Shown: one piece after another, positions 8,402-18,565 of the stretch
Numbering within the stretch: the first letter of the stretch is position 1
How the letters are laid out: every line of letters begins with the position of its first letter
From: Trypanosoma brucei
Lineage: Eukaryota
Assembly (NCBI GenBank): GCA_000002445.1
Contig: CM000208.1
Span: forward strand, 672,001-736,000
Length of the DNA: 64,000 nucleotides
Reading direction: 5' to 3'
Notes under the pieces: model-generated
Seen by the model: only the letters and a program-made list of their open reading frames with translations
Databases searched by the model: none
Told to the model about the DNA's origin: nothing
Made by a program: the position numbers and the translations under genes

Positions 8402-10708
8402 ATGAACTTTGGCCACACCATGGCTTCAACCTCCGCAAGCATCCAGTCATTTGGCAACGATCACGCGGGAGGACAAGGTGGCACAATGAGGCAAAACCCT
8501 CCGAAAGAACCATCTGAGGAAGAAGTTTTACAATACATTGTGGATAATGTCAACAAACTACTCTCAAGGCACTACTCACTGGTGGAGTTTGATGCCATAC
8601 AGGGAACTGACCTACTTCAAATTCTCGCTGATATATTTGGAACGCTTTCGCCCGCTCAGCAAATAGATATGGGAGTTGCGCCAACGGATGAGGCAGCGGC
8701 GTCAATGCTGGAGTTCCTTACCAAAACACTTGGTTACCGCGTGCCACCGATGCTCGCCGACTCTTTCCCCACCAGCTTTTCACGAGCTGAGCCAACAGTT
8801 ATTTACCCAACACTGTATTGGGTTCTCTCCAATATGCAGCAGAATGAGAAGCGCGTTTACCTCGCCAGGTTCCTCCAGCGTTTGGAGATCCCAGAGGCGA
8901 TGCTGGCACAGGATGAGGATGTGCGAGCCTTATATCAACAGTACGTGAATCTCCGTGGTATGTTTGTGAACACCCATCGTCGTGTGGACGCTTTGAGGAC
9001 AGCCCATGCGGACCCCGCCGATGCCCGCCGTGCAGTCACCGTGCTGGAGGAGGAGTGTGACCGCCTAAGGGGATATATTCAAGTTGCGGAAAAGAAACTC
9101 GCTGGTGTTCCCGACAAGGAAGCATTGTTGAATGCTTGCAAATCGCTTCGTGCTGCCTTAGAGGAGGAATCGAGACTTGCAGAAAAGGGTGTGGAGTTGC
9201 AACAACAACTTATATCATCACGGCAGCGAAGCACGGAAATGCACAACCGCCTTCAGAATCTCCGCCGAGACGCCGCCGATGGGCGTGTAGACGTCATAGT
9301 GCGCCGACTGAGAGACGAAATACAAACAAACAAAATGATTATTGAGGAGCAACTGCCGAAGGAATTGCAACAGAAGCAACGCGAGAACGCTGAATTTGAT
9401 CGTCTCATATCCGAACCATTAGATATGCAGGCTCTTACCACAGAGAACCAACAGCTTGACGAGGCGCTTAAAAAACTTCACCAACAAGTGAAAGAGCGAC
9501 AGAAACCAGGTGAAGATGGGAGTACAATTGCGACGATCAAACAACAGGTAGAGCGCGTGGCCAAACGGAAGGTGGAGGTAATGGAGCAACTTACCGGTCT
9601 TCAAGCCGACAACAGCCGAACGCTTAATGATATACGAGAGCGTGAGAACCGCATTGAGCAGCTCCGGGAGGCCCATCACATGCTGAAAGATGATGACTTC
9701 CGTGAATTTTCAAAGCAGGTACTGGCCAAGAAAGCAGCAACTGAGTCGATGCGGACTCATTTGTCAGAGCAGCGTGTCGAGTATGGTGTTTTAAACTTTA
9801 CTGAAAATGTCCTCAGGTCTCAGTTTACTTCACTGGATGCAGAAATTGGAGACTTGGAGGGGAAACTTGGACTTCAAGGGTACAGCCGCACAGTGGAAAC
9901 ACTGAGCAAACTCACTCATGAAAAGGATGCTATCGAAGGACTCAAGGGGAAGACACTGGAAGAGCTCTCCCGTGTCGTGCAGGACTTCACTATGGCAATA
10001 CGAGAGCGTCGGACGAAACTTGCACCACTCATTAACGAGCTCCGTAGCGTTCGTCAGACAGTAGCGGAGGTGGATCAGGAATGGGCAGAGAAAAAGACTC
10101 AGTACGAGTACCAGGAGAGCGTGCTCATGGAGGATATCACAAAGATCGAGCGTGAGGTGCAATCCCTTCATGAAGAGACGAGTACTGATGAGTCCGTATA
10201 CCACCGCCTGCAGGCGCAGCACTTGCTTCTCAAAGCCCACGTGGATCGTATAGAAGCCGAGAAGGACTTTGCGGAAATTGTTCGGCGGGGTGCAGAGGCA
10301 GCGGACGCCGCCGAAAAAGAGGGGGTCGTTTCAGGCTCGGGTTCCCTCAAGTGCGCGCACTGTGCCAAAGCGTGCGCTAACAAAGGATGGCTTCTGTACC
10401 ACCTCTGCAGGGAGCATGGTCTCACTGTCATGGCAGAGAAAGCCTTCGAGTCTGCCATTGAAGATCTACAAATACGATTACGGGATCTGCAGCAGAAGCA
10501 GCGGGACATCCAGGAGAATTATGAACAAAACGTGCAGCAAGTAGAATGGTTTGGAAATCTGAAGCGCGTACTGGAGGCGAAGCTTCGTACCTTGCACAAC
10601 GAGGGGTCGCGTTGCCGCAATGCACTTGACAGTGACATCAAGGAAATTATGGGTAGCGCAGGCGCTGGTGGAGCCAATGTTGACATGTTGGTACTTCCGG
10701 GTGACTAG
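8402..10708 (+). CDS. IFT81: Intraflagellar transport protein IFT81, carrying an extra C2H2-type zinc-finger-like insert near the C-terminus.
   Basis: 768-aa ORF starting at an ATG. It aligns with human IFT81 in both N- and C-terminal segments: YIVDNVNKLL~FIVDNLNKLPF, VIYPTLYWVLSNMQQNEKRVYLARFLQRLEIPEAMLAQDE~[39 protein letters not shown], and GLKGKTLEELSRVV...KKTQY~EMKGRTLDDMSEMV...KKSQY. The body is a long coiled coil. Confidence 0.85.
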   Translation: MNFGHTMASTSASIQSFGNDHAGGQGGTMRQNPPKEPSEEEVLQYIVDNVNKLLSRHYSLVEFDAIQGTDLLQILADIFGTLSPAQQIDMGVAPTDEAAASMLEFLTKTLGYRVPPMLADSFPTSFSRAEPTVIYPTLYWVLSNMQQNEKRVYLARFLQRLEIPEAMLAQDEDVRALYQQYVNLRGMFVNTHRRVDALRTAHADPADARRAVTVLEEECDRLRGYIQVAEKKLAGVPDKEALLNACKSLRAALEEESRLAEKGVELQQQLISSRQRSTEMHNRLQNLRRDAADGRVDVIVRRLRDEIQTNKMIIEEQLPKELQQKQRENAEFDRLISEPLDMQALTTENQQLDEALKKLHQQVKERQKPGEDGSTIATIKQQVERVAKRKVEVMEQLTGLQADNSRTLNDIRERENRIEQLREAHHMLKDDDFREFSKQVLAKKAATESMRTHLSEQRVEYGVLNFTENVLRSQFTSLDAEIGDLEGKLGLQGYSRTVETLSKLTHEKDAIEGLKGKTLEELSRVVQDFTMAIRERRTKLAPLINELRSVRQTVAEVDQEWAEKKTQYEYQESVLMEDITKIEREVQSLHEETSTDESVYHRLQAQHLLLKAHVDRIEAEKDFAEIVRRGAEAADAAEKEGVVSGSGSLKCAHCAKACANKGWLLYHLCREHGLTVMAEKAFESAIEDLQIRLRDLQQKQRDIQENYEQNVQQVEWFGNLKRVLEAKLRTLHNEGSRCRNALDSDIKEIMGSAGAGGANVDMLVLPGD

Positions 10709-11581
10709 GGCTTTCACTGCGCGGCGGAAGGCAGCTGGTCATGGTTCCGCAGCTGGATAGAATGATAAATGGAGTGAGTTTGTAGATACAGCAGCTTCAA
10801 TGAGGTGTGCGGGTAGGAGCTGGAGTCGAAGTAAATAGGTCGGAAGAAGGATGTGTTACATACAAAGGGAATTTGCAGATAATTGAGCTCCAAGGGGATT
10901 GGTAAAAGAAAAAAAAGTTGTGAAATGCATTAAGAAGCAGGAAGAAAAGTAAATATGAGGATAGGATACAATGTACAACCCGCGTCCCCAGAATGCTGAT
11001 CAAGGTTGTGGTACTTGCCGTGTTTGTTTTTGAAACACTGTGAACTGTGGGCGCCTAAATGTGAAAAGCCCAATTGTTACTGTGGTTCGGCGAGAAAGTA
11101 TCACAGAGGGGAAAGTGGCTTTGATCTCTCGCACGAAAAGGTGCAAAAATTGCTTTTTTTTCTTTACACCCGCCATCCTCCCTTTTTCATTTTGCTTATG
11201 AATGCGCTCGGGGATTCGTGTAGGTTGTGCAATAACATCGAAGGTGGGAGCGGAAACACGTTGCTGTTGTTGCAATCCCCATATATTCACTTCCTAATTT
11301 CAGCATTTACGCATTTTGTCACGAAATAGCAGGGCAACTATATTTTGTTTCGCGCCCTCATGTTTAACTCATTACTTTCACCCCGGTTTATCTTTTTTTT
11401 GTTATGTTATGGCAGTGGTCTTGTAGCGGAAAAAGACTCCATAGAATAGGCCTGTCAGCACATTGCTCTCATAGAGGTCGCCCTCTTTTGGCGTTATAGA
11501 TATAACCGTTACGTCGGTCCGTGCACGGTGGAATTCTCCCAGTTATCATTTCCTTCCCAGTCCTGTTTCGCGTCGCATAGA

Positions 11582-14500
11582 ATGATATCTCAACCTACTG
11601 GAACCACACATGATGATGTGAATGAGCCAGTGGTTGATGGAAGTAATGCCGTGGCAGGTAACCTGGAAGGCACTCGGTTAGATACGAAGAAGTATGAGCA
11701 GGTTACTCCACTTGCAAGTTTCTCGCCCGATGAATTGTCAAAGCTACGTCATGTATTCCCTGACGCCTATCAAGCTCTGTTGCAGTATGAACAATTGTGT
11801 CGTCATAGTTCTGCGATAGTTCAGGTAAAAGAAACTGAGTTGCAACGAAGCATTGACGTCGGCCAAGAGGTACTTAGTCGAATAGATGCGCTACAGCTGC
11901 GGTGCGCTCAGCTGGCGAAGGAGCGTGATGATGCGCTTGCGATGGGTCAGGAACATGAGTCCCACTTACGGGAGAATATTGAGGAGTTGCAACAGCTTTT
12001 GGAAGAGCGAGAAAAGGAAATATCCCATTTGAAGGCGATGCAACATGATGTTGAGGATGAGGGGCGGCGCTTGCAGTCAAAACTTTCCGTTATGAGTCTT
12101 CCTGCAGCAGCACAAATCGTCGTTCTGCATAATCAGTTAGTGCAGCTAATTGAGCGTGTTGAGCAGGTGTGCAACAACAAACGGTCATCTTCATCTGTGG
12201 CGTCCACAGCGCGCATGAGTGTAGCGAGTATCCCTACAGATGGGAACGAAGCCGAAACTGTAGTGTTATTAGAGCAATGGTTAGCAGATTCTTTGGACCA
12301 AACCATACAGCGCACAAATGAACTAACAAACGCAGTCCACCTACTGGATGAGCAACTTCAACACGCAAAGCACCAAGTTGAGCAGTCGGAAAGGAAGTGT
12401 CAGGAATCGGAGAACAAAATTATTACTCTACGACATGAAAACGATCAACTCCAAGGCGAGCTTGTAGCACTACAAAAGGACGTCCAGGCACTTGACAGAC
12501 AAGCTGAAGAGCTGAACGCGGCCGGTTTCCACCGTCACATGGATGCGGTGAACTCTAAGCAACACGAATTAGAAGAGGTGCGGCGCCAGCACTCCGCACA
12601 GTTGTTGTTGCTTAGAGAACAGCATGGAGAGGAGCTGCGCTCCCTTGAGGAGGAAACACGATCGCTTCGGGCCGAGCTGAGCCGTTATCGCGATGGAACC
12701 GCGGTGCCCGCCACTTACAACAGTCCGTCGAAGCCATTGGAAGTGCAAATGTCGGATCATCAAAAGCAGCAACTTCAGGAGCTAGTCAACGACTTCGAAT
12801 CTGAGAAACATCGACTTGTAGGAGTAATAGAGCAGCTGGAAAACGCACTGCTTGATGGTAAAAGTAGTTATCAACGTTTGGTGGCGCAGTACGAGGAGGA
12901 GCTACAGCAGCAGCAACTCCGTGCAGCAGAGCTGGTGAGGACCGCTGCTGAGAATGGCAGACTCAAGGAGCAACTAGAGCATGCAACTGCCTCCATTTCG
13001 GTCGTTGGTGAGCTAACGAAGGCGCTTGAAACGAAGGAGCTGTACATCGCTACCCTTAATCAGCAAATTCGTGAATTGAGTATGGAGGTGACGAAGCTGA
13101 AAGGGGCGGCTCATTCATCGAAAAACCAGGGAGTTGCGCGAGGAAGCATCTCGAAAAATTATGAGGATATGGAAATGGAGTTGAAGCAGGAGCGGGAGAA
13201 TTCTCAGCAACTGGGCGCTTCACTAGCCGCTGTCCGCTCGCAGTTGGATGAGCTGACGGTTCTTTTCAGCGAGCAGAAGCGCCGCGTGCGTGACTGCCTC
13301 CGGTGTCCACCACCACAACTGGGAATGGATCGGGAGCGGGTGACATCTCTTCTGCAAGCCAGCGCCAGCCGTGCAGCAACGCGTTTCTTCAACTGTTTAG
13401 AACAACAGCACCGGCACCTCAACTCACTTTCGCATCATGCCTTCACCCTGTACGGAGGCGTGGAGCCCATGCAAACGAAGGAAGAAGGAGCGGCAAATCG
13501 AAAAGCGTCAGGTGTTGCAGCGGCACACTATTCTTCTTCCATTTCCTCATTCCCTGGAATGGCAAACGGGCTGAAAAAGCCTCGGAGTCGCCAACAAGTT
13601 CAACTGGAGCAGATCCAGAAGAATGCTAGTCGATTCAGCTCTCCTGCGCGATCACCATTACTCGAGGACGAGTGCTCCGCCCCAGGTTACGTGGTCCTTC
13701 AAAATAGTGAGACTGCGGCTGCCTTGTCTACTGCAATGGTGCGCTTTCTGAATGATTTGACAGAAGCTGTGGTGCAGCAACTGTTGCAACCATACACAGG
13801 TCCACTTGAGGCCCTTCAACGGTTGCATAGTGCCTTTAACCCCTTGATGGGCGCGCACAACGAACACTGGACACGGAAAGGAGACACGATAAGTAGCGAC
13901 ATTGTTCACCATAGTGTCAGTTTGGATAACATTGAGGTATCTGCTGACGAGAATGCGTCTATGCTGAGGTTACCGACCTCACTGGCGCAGCAGGAGAAGG
14001 TCTCTCCCAACGATATTATTTGGACAACCGTAACTGAGGGGATTATTGACGCTTTTGTTGACGCATGCACAGTCGTGTTTCAGCGCGTGTATCGTGCAGC
14101 TGGATCTCAGCTTCAGCAGTGTGAAGAGAGGCTGAAGCAAGCTAATCGTCAGGTGCAGGCGAACTGCGAGGAGCGTATCCGTCGCACAGCTCTCTCTATG
14201 GTGGAGGGGGAGGGAAATCTTAATGCCCAACTTCAGGTTGCAGAAACAAAAATTCAGTCTGCACATCAGGCTCTCGACATACTGCAGGGAAAGTATGAGA
14301 AGGAGGCTTCACGCTGCTGTGAGCTCTCAGCTCAGGTGAAGCGACTGGAGGGACGGCTGACCGAAAAACAACGCGAGTTGGAAACAGAACGCCTTCAGTG
14401 GCGGCATACGGTCCGCGAGCTTCAAGATGCTTGTGGCATTGCTAAAGAGCAGCATGCGGAACAGGGAACGCGGCACCAACATCAGGTGCAAGAGCTGCAA

Positions 14501-15109
14501 GAACTACTGCGTAATGTGCGGCAGCAGCTGCAAGCAGCTCGTGACGAAGGTCATAGACTACGCCTCGAAGTGGAAAGTGTGCAGGCGGAGCACCAACAAA
14601 AGATCCAATGGCTGGAACAAGAGCAGCAGAAAACGCGTAGTTCTGAAGGAAAGGCCGAGCATGCGTTGCAGAACTTACGTGAGCAGTTAGCCGCATCCAA
14701 CACAGCGTTGCAGGTGAAACTGAACGAGGAAACAGCGCGTGTGCAGCGTGCTAACGCAAATGTTGAGTCGTTGCAATCTGTGTTGCGCGATGCGCAGTCT
14801 GCCTATCAGCTCTTGCAGAGTGCGTTATCGGATGAGCAGGATCGACGGGAGATGGCTGAGGAGCGCGTGGAGGGGCTGAATAGGGAGCTGGCGCTGCTCC
14901 GCAGCCGCCTACAGGTGCAGCAGCAGCGAGTAGCGGAGATGCAAGAGGCGGAGCGACTTCAGCAGTGCCAATTGGATGCTGAGGCAAGGAAGAATGAAGC
15001 TTTGCTGAGGGTGAATCGTGCACTCGAAGGCCGTCTCTCAGAAGTGGAAGGTGACAGGGAACCGCTGCGGCAGCAGTTGCAGAGTTTACTACTGTTGAAG
15101 CACTGCTAG
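11582..15109 (+). CDS. Large coiled-coil protein of unknown function, rich in Q/E/L/R heptad segments; possibly a cytoskeletal or flagellar component.
   Basis: 1175-aa ORF from the first ATG at 11582. The track start at 11528 is GTG. Long stretches are coiled-coil-like and I recognise no enzymatic motif. Confidence 0.65.
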   Translation: MISQPTGTTHDDVNEPVVDGSNAVAGNLEGTRLDTKKYEQVTPLASFSPDELSKLRHVFPDAYQALLQYEQLCRHSSAIVQVKETELQRSIDVGQEVLSRIDALQLRCAQLAKERDDALAMGQEHESHLRENIEELQQLLEEREKEISHLKAMQHDVEDEGRRLQSKLSVMSLPAAAQIVVLHNQLVQLIERVEQVCNNKRSSSSVASTARMSVASIPTDGNEAETVVLLEQWLADSLDQTIQRTNELTNAVHLLDEQLQHAKHQVEQSERKCQESENKIITLRHENDQLQGELVALQKDVQALDRQAEELNAAGFHRHMDAVNSKQHELEEVRRQHSAQLLLLREQHGEELRSLEEETRSLRAELSRYRDGTAVPATYNSPSKPLEVQMSDHQKQQLQELVNDFESEKHRLVGVIEQLENALLDGKSSYQRLVAQYEEELQQQQLRAAELVRTAAENGRLKEQLEHATASISVVGELTKALETKELYIATLNQQIRELSMEVTKLKGAAHSSKNQGVARGSISKNYEDMEMELKQERENSQQLGASLAAVRSQLDELTVLFSEQKRRVRDCLRCPPPQLGMDRERVTSLLQASASRAATRFFNCLEQQHRHLNSLSHHAFTLYGGVEPMQTKEEGAANRKASGVAAAHYSSSISSFPGMANGLKKPRSRQQVQLEQIQKNASRFSSPARSPLLEDECSAPGYVVLQNSETAAALSTAMVRFLNDLTEAVVQQLLQPYTGPLEALQRLHSAFNPLMGAHNEHWTRKGDTISSDIVHHSVSLDNIEVSADENASMLRLPTSLAQQEKVSPNDIIWTTVTEGIIDAFVDACTVVFQRVYRAAGSQLQQCEERLKQANRQVQANCEERIRRTALSMVEGEGNLNAQLQVAETKIQSAHQALDILQGKYEKEASRCCELSAQVKRLEGRLTEKQRELETERLQWRHTVRELQDACGIAKEQHAEQGTRHQHQVQELQELLRNVRQQLQAARDEGHRLRLEVESVQAEHQQKIQWLEQEQQKTRSSEGKAEHALQNLREQLAASNTALQVKLNEETARVQRANANVESLQSVLRDAQSAYQLLQSALSDEQDRREMAEERVEGLNRELALLRSRLQVQQQRVAEMQEAERLQQCQLDAEARKNEALLRVNRALEGRLSEVEGDREPLRQQLQSLLLLKHC

Positions 15110-15180
15110 TAATACCAAAGCACCTTTCTCCTCACCCCTTCATTTCCCTACTACTTGTACCGCTATTTGTGTTGCTTTAG

Positions 15181-15440
15181 TTGCCCTCTGTTCCCCCATT
15201 CTTCATATCCCTTTTTTTCTCACTGTTGAGCTGTCTCGTTCTCTTGTTTTCTTCATTTTTGTTTCTTTTTTTTTTTAATGTAAGAAGTCTTTCTGTGTTA
15301 TCCCTCGTTTTCGCTCCTTCCTTAAGGGCTCCGCCCTACTTCCCCCCATTATTAACTACTATTTTTTCTGTACTGGTGTTCTCATTACTTTTCCTTCTTG
15401 CTTTATTTTATTGGTCCCTTTTTTTTTAAAAAATCTTCCT
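15181..15440 (+). promoter_or_regulatory. Extended polypyrimidine-rich region of ~260 nt, >85% C/T. It is a candidate 3'UTR/polyadenylation and trans-splicing signal region of the kind typical of kinetoplastid intergenic DNA.
   Basis: Read directly: almost continuous C/T runs downstream of the 11582–15109 gene. In kinetoplastids, polypyrimidine tracts upstream of AG acceptors direct coupled SL trans-splicing and upstream polyadenylation (established knowledge). Confidence 0.45.
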
Positions 15441-16239
15441 TCATCATGTCTGTGTTTGTTCAGTAACTTTAAATGGTGCCGCCTGCCTCGTCATATGTTT
15501 TTAACTTCGTGTGCGCCCACCAAAGTAAGTTGGAGTTCACAAGTACGAATGAGTGTGAGCGTTTGATTGATTGATCGAATATATTGTGGGAAAAGAGAGG
15601 AGGAAGCGGGTGGCAATGTCGTGAATCAGCGTGTAAATCTATAGAGCTGGAAGTAAATGATTGCGGGAGTGAAGGGGTGGAGTGAGGAGGGGGAAAGAAG
15701 AAGGAGGACTGCGTGTATTTGTGTTCTTGTATCTACATGGATAGTGGAGGCAGTCATGTCAAGAAAAGAAAAGGATGAAAGAACGGTAACGAGAAGAAGT
15801 GAGCAAGTAGAAAATACTTGAACCTGTGGTTTGAAACCCCTTTATTCTAAAAAGAAAGTGTAAAGGGAGGATTTAAGAAAACCAGTGGAAAAGGGATGAC
15901 TGTCTCCTTGTCTCATAATTCTCCTCATTTTATTTTGTGTGTATGAAATTACAAAAAATTGAAAACAATTGAGTTTTCCACTACCTCTTTTTTTTTGTTG
16001 CCAAGGGTTACAGCAAGTCAGGGGGAAAAGGTGACTTCAAAAGATTATATATATATATATGTATGGGGAAGGAAAACGGTTGCTCATCACACTTCTCCCA
16101 ACTTCTCTTCCAACGCGCTCCCGTTAGTTGCTAACGTAGTATTATAGGAAGAAGACTAAAGATACTTACGAACACATACGTATTCATATAAATATATCCA
16201 TACATTGTTTGAAATAGTTGTGCTGCAGACGGAGCCGCT

Positions 16240-16806
16240 ATGAAAAGGGATACAAACAACCACAATGGAAGTGCTTGCGCGTTCCACGAAGGTTCTAGCC
16301 AGATGGTGGACACATCTTTTCATTCCACAGGAGACGGTAGTGGCGCTCCGACACAAAACGTCCAACAGCAAGAACAATTACCACACCGTACAGGAACTGG
16401 GAAAAGGCGTGTAGGTGGGTTTAGTCCTTCAGTTGCACCGTTTGCATTGGACACACAGGATCCAACGCCCCAGCAGCGGAGGACCTTACTGGGCCGTGGT
16501 GGGGTAGAGGCCATGAGACGGAACAGACAAGATCAAATGAACCTTTCATGCAATGAGTATCCCGACCCCCCACCCGTTGGGGTGCGCGCTCCGTTGCGTC
16601 ATGTGGTGCGGCCTGGGTCCGCGAAGCACCAAGAGCAGTCTACAACATGCATAGATGAAGATACCCTGCGGCGAGCGAAGGCACGTTGTCCACAAAGCGC
16701 GCAGCAGCGTATGCCCAGTTTTATATTCGGTGAGGATCCGCAGGGGCCGCGAAGAACCGGACGCGCAATGCACGCGCAGAGCTATAAACCCACGTCCCTG
16801 TGGTGA
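16240..16806 (+). CDS. Candidate small hypothetical protein of 188 aa and low complexity, sitting in an otherwise gene-free 2.6-kb gap.
   Basis: ATG-initiated + strand ORF. It is GC-rich, co-oriented with the transcription unit and preceded by an extensive polypyrimidine region at 15181–15440. It has no recognisable domain, so it may be a chance ORF. Confidence 0.3.
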   Translation: MKRDTNNHNGSACAFHEGSSQMVDTSFHSTGDGSGAPTQNVQQQEQLPHRTGTGKRRVGGFSPSVAPFALDTQDPTPQQRRTLLGRGGVEAMRRNRQDQMNLSCNEYPDPPPVGVRAPLRHVVRPGSAKHQEQSTTCIDEDTLRRAKARCPQSAQQRMPSFIFGEDPQGPRRTGRAMHAQSYKPTSLW

Positions 16807-17748
16807 GACGCTGATGCAGTTCCTGATTGTTTAGGGGATGTGAATCTGCAGTAAAAAGGAGGGGAAAGGACGAAGAGCCGAAAGGAGGTGGAAATGAAGC
16901 AAAGCACTGGCGAAAGCATATGTTTTTTCCCCCGCTGCTTCAACGCTGCGAGTTTCCTTTAATCAATGGAACATGGTTTCAACCATTCTTCCCTCCCCAG
17001 TTCCCTCTCTGCACCGGTAGCGTCCCTTAACTCTTTTTTCCATCGAGTTTGCTCCAATCCTCAGTGTCTGACTTCGGCAATTCATGGGTCAGTGAGTTGT
17101 GGCTCTGTGGATAGGACCCCCCCCCCCTCCGGAAGGTGTCAATAGACAATAGATTAAAGTACTACTCTACCACTCTGTTAGCTACTGTCACACTCGCGTT
17201 TGTTTTCATTCGAGGATGTGCATTTGTAGTCCCGGTAATTTGTAGCTTCTCCTCTCTGCTCCTTTCCTTTCCTTTCACTGCACCCTTGGGCTTTTGGTTC
17301 TTTTCATTTCATGATTTTGTTTACCGGCCCTTCCCGCCTCGTGAAGAGCCGTTTTGGATCCGTTGCAAGCACTAGCACCACGGGCCAGTGCGTTGCAAAC
17401 CCAGCGGAACCGTGACGAAGGCAAAGGTGGGGGGAGTATCATTCCACCGTTTTTCTCCCTTTTATTCATTCATTTTTTTTCTTCCTAAACGAACAGTATA
17501 TTGATTTATTTTATATCTTTTCTCTACTCCTTTTTAAAGTGAGATTTTTTTTTTACAGCTTGTTCTAAATACCATCTTGTTAAATGATTTTCATTCTTTT
17601 CTTACCCATCCTTCATTCATCTATTTGTATTCCGTTCCGTGTGCACTCCGCGGCGATAACCCCCGGAAAAGAGGGTAGGTAGTAGCCACAGTTCGGAAAG
17701 GCTTGTGGGGCGCGGTTGTAGTGTCAAGAAAAAACCAGAAACCGACAA

Positions 17749-18114
17749 ATGGAGCAAAAGGAAAATGAGATCACTACAGTTTACGCCAGTAACAACCCCG
17801 ATATCCCAACACTGACGGAAGCCGCTACATTGATTCTCGCGCCCGAGGAGATGGTAAAGCTGCGGCGGAACATGACGGCGGAGAAGGTAGCGCACGCCAG
17901 GTACCTACGAGAGCATCCGGAGATTGATGCTATTATGCGATATGCCATGCGAAAACTTATTATGGAACGATCAGAAGATCCAGTGAAAGTGTTATTAGAG
18001 TTTTTCTCTACAGCTGACCTACGAGCGGCGTTAGCGGAGGAAAATCCTGAAGCCGAAGGGCGTGCTGCCATGTTACGTGAAAAGCGTGGATTAACCATTG
18101 TACTTCCGGCCTAG
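17749..18114 (+). CDS. Small DPY-30 motif (dimerisation/docking) protein.
   Basis: 121-aa ORF starting at an ATG. The segment HARYLREHPEIDAIMRYAMRKLIMERSEDPVKVLLEFF matches the Dpy-30 motif consensus (RAYL...V.P.L...L..L...RP.NPI.FLA.YL). Confidence 0.55.
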   Translation: MEQKENEITTVYASNNPDIPTLTEAATLILAPEEMVKLRRNMTAEKVAHARYLREHPEIDAIMRYAMRKLIMERSEDPVKVLLEFFSTADLRAALAEENPEAEGRAAMLREKRGLTIVLPA

Positions 18115-18565
18115 AAGTCAGGTGCCCACACACCTTCTCGCACATAGCGAGTGTTACTGTTTATGTTTAACTTTGAGCAAGACTGGAGGTGGTTCACCAC
18201 CTAATTTCCACTCTACATACTTTTTCGGTGGTGAATGATGTGCAGTTACTCCACAGAGTGTGTGTGAGTGGCTATTTAGAGAGGGTGGAGACAAGGGTGC
18301 AAAACGGTCTGCCGAGCACAGAAATGAAATGTGAGCGGGTGGCAGTATCGAAAGTATGTTCCTTGTGCGATCCGGTGGTACTGACTTCGTTCTGTGACGA
18401 GGGGAGACTGGGTTTTGTAAATATTCCTCCTCTACACGCTCTCTTTCGTCTTCGTTACATGTAAAAACAAACAAATAAATGTGCGTGCTTTGATGTAAAT
18501 ACAGATTTTAACTAAGACGGCAAGTAAAGGGGACAAAATTGTATGCGGGCTGGCTACAAAAATTT

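Noticed and set aside
8676-8948. Same-strand alternative-frame ORFs inside IFT81 and other genes, for example 8676–8948 and 9136–9345.
   Set aside because: They are out-of-frame overlaps within a strongly supported CDS. Their translations are Arg/Cys/Ser-rich nonsense, typical of off-frame reading of GC-rich coding sequence.
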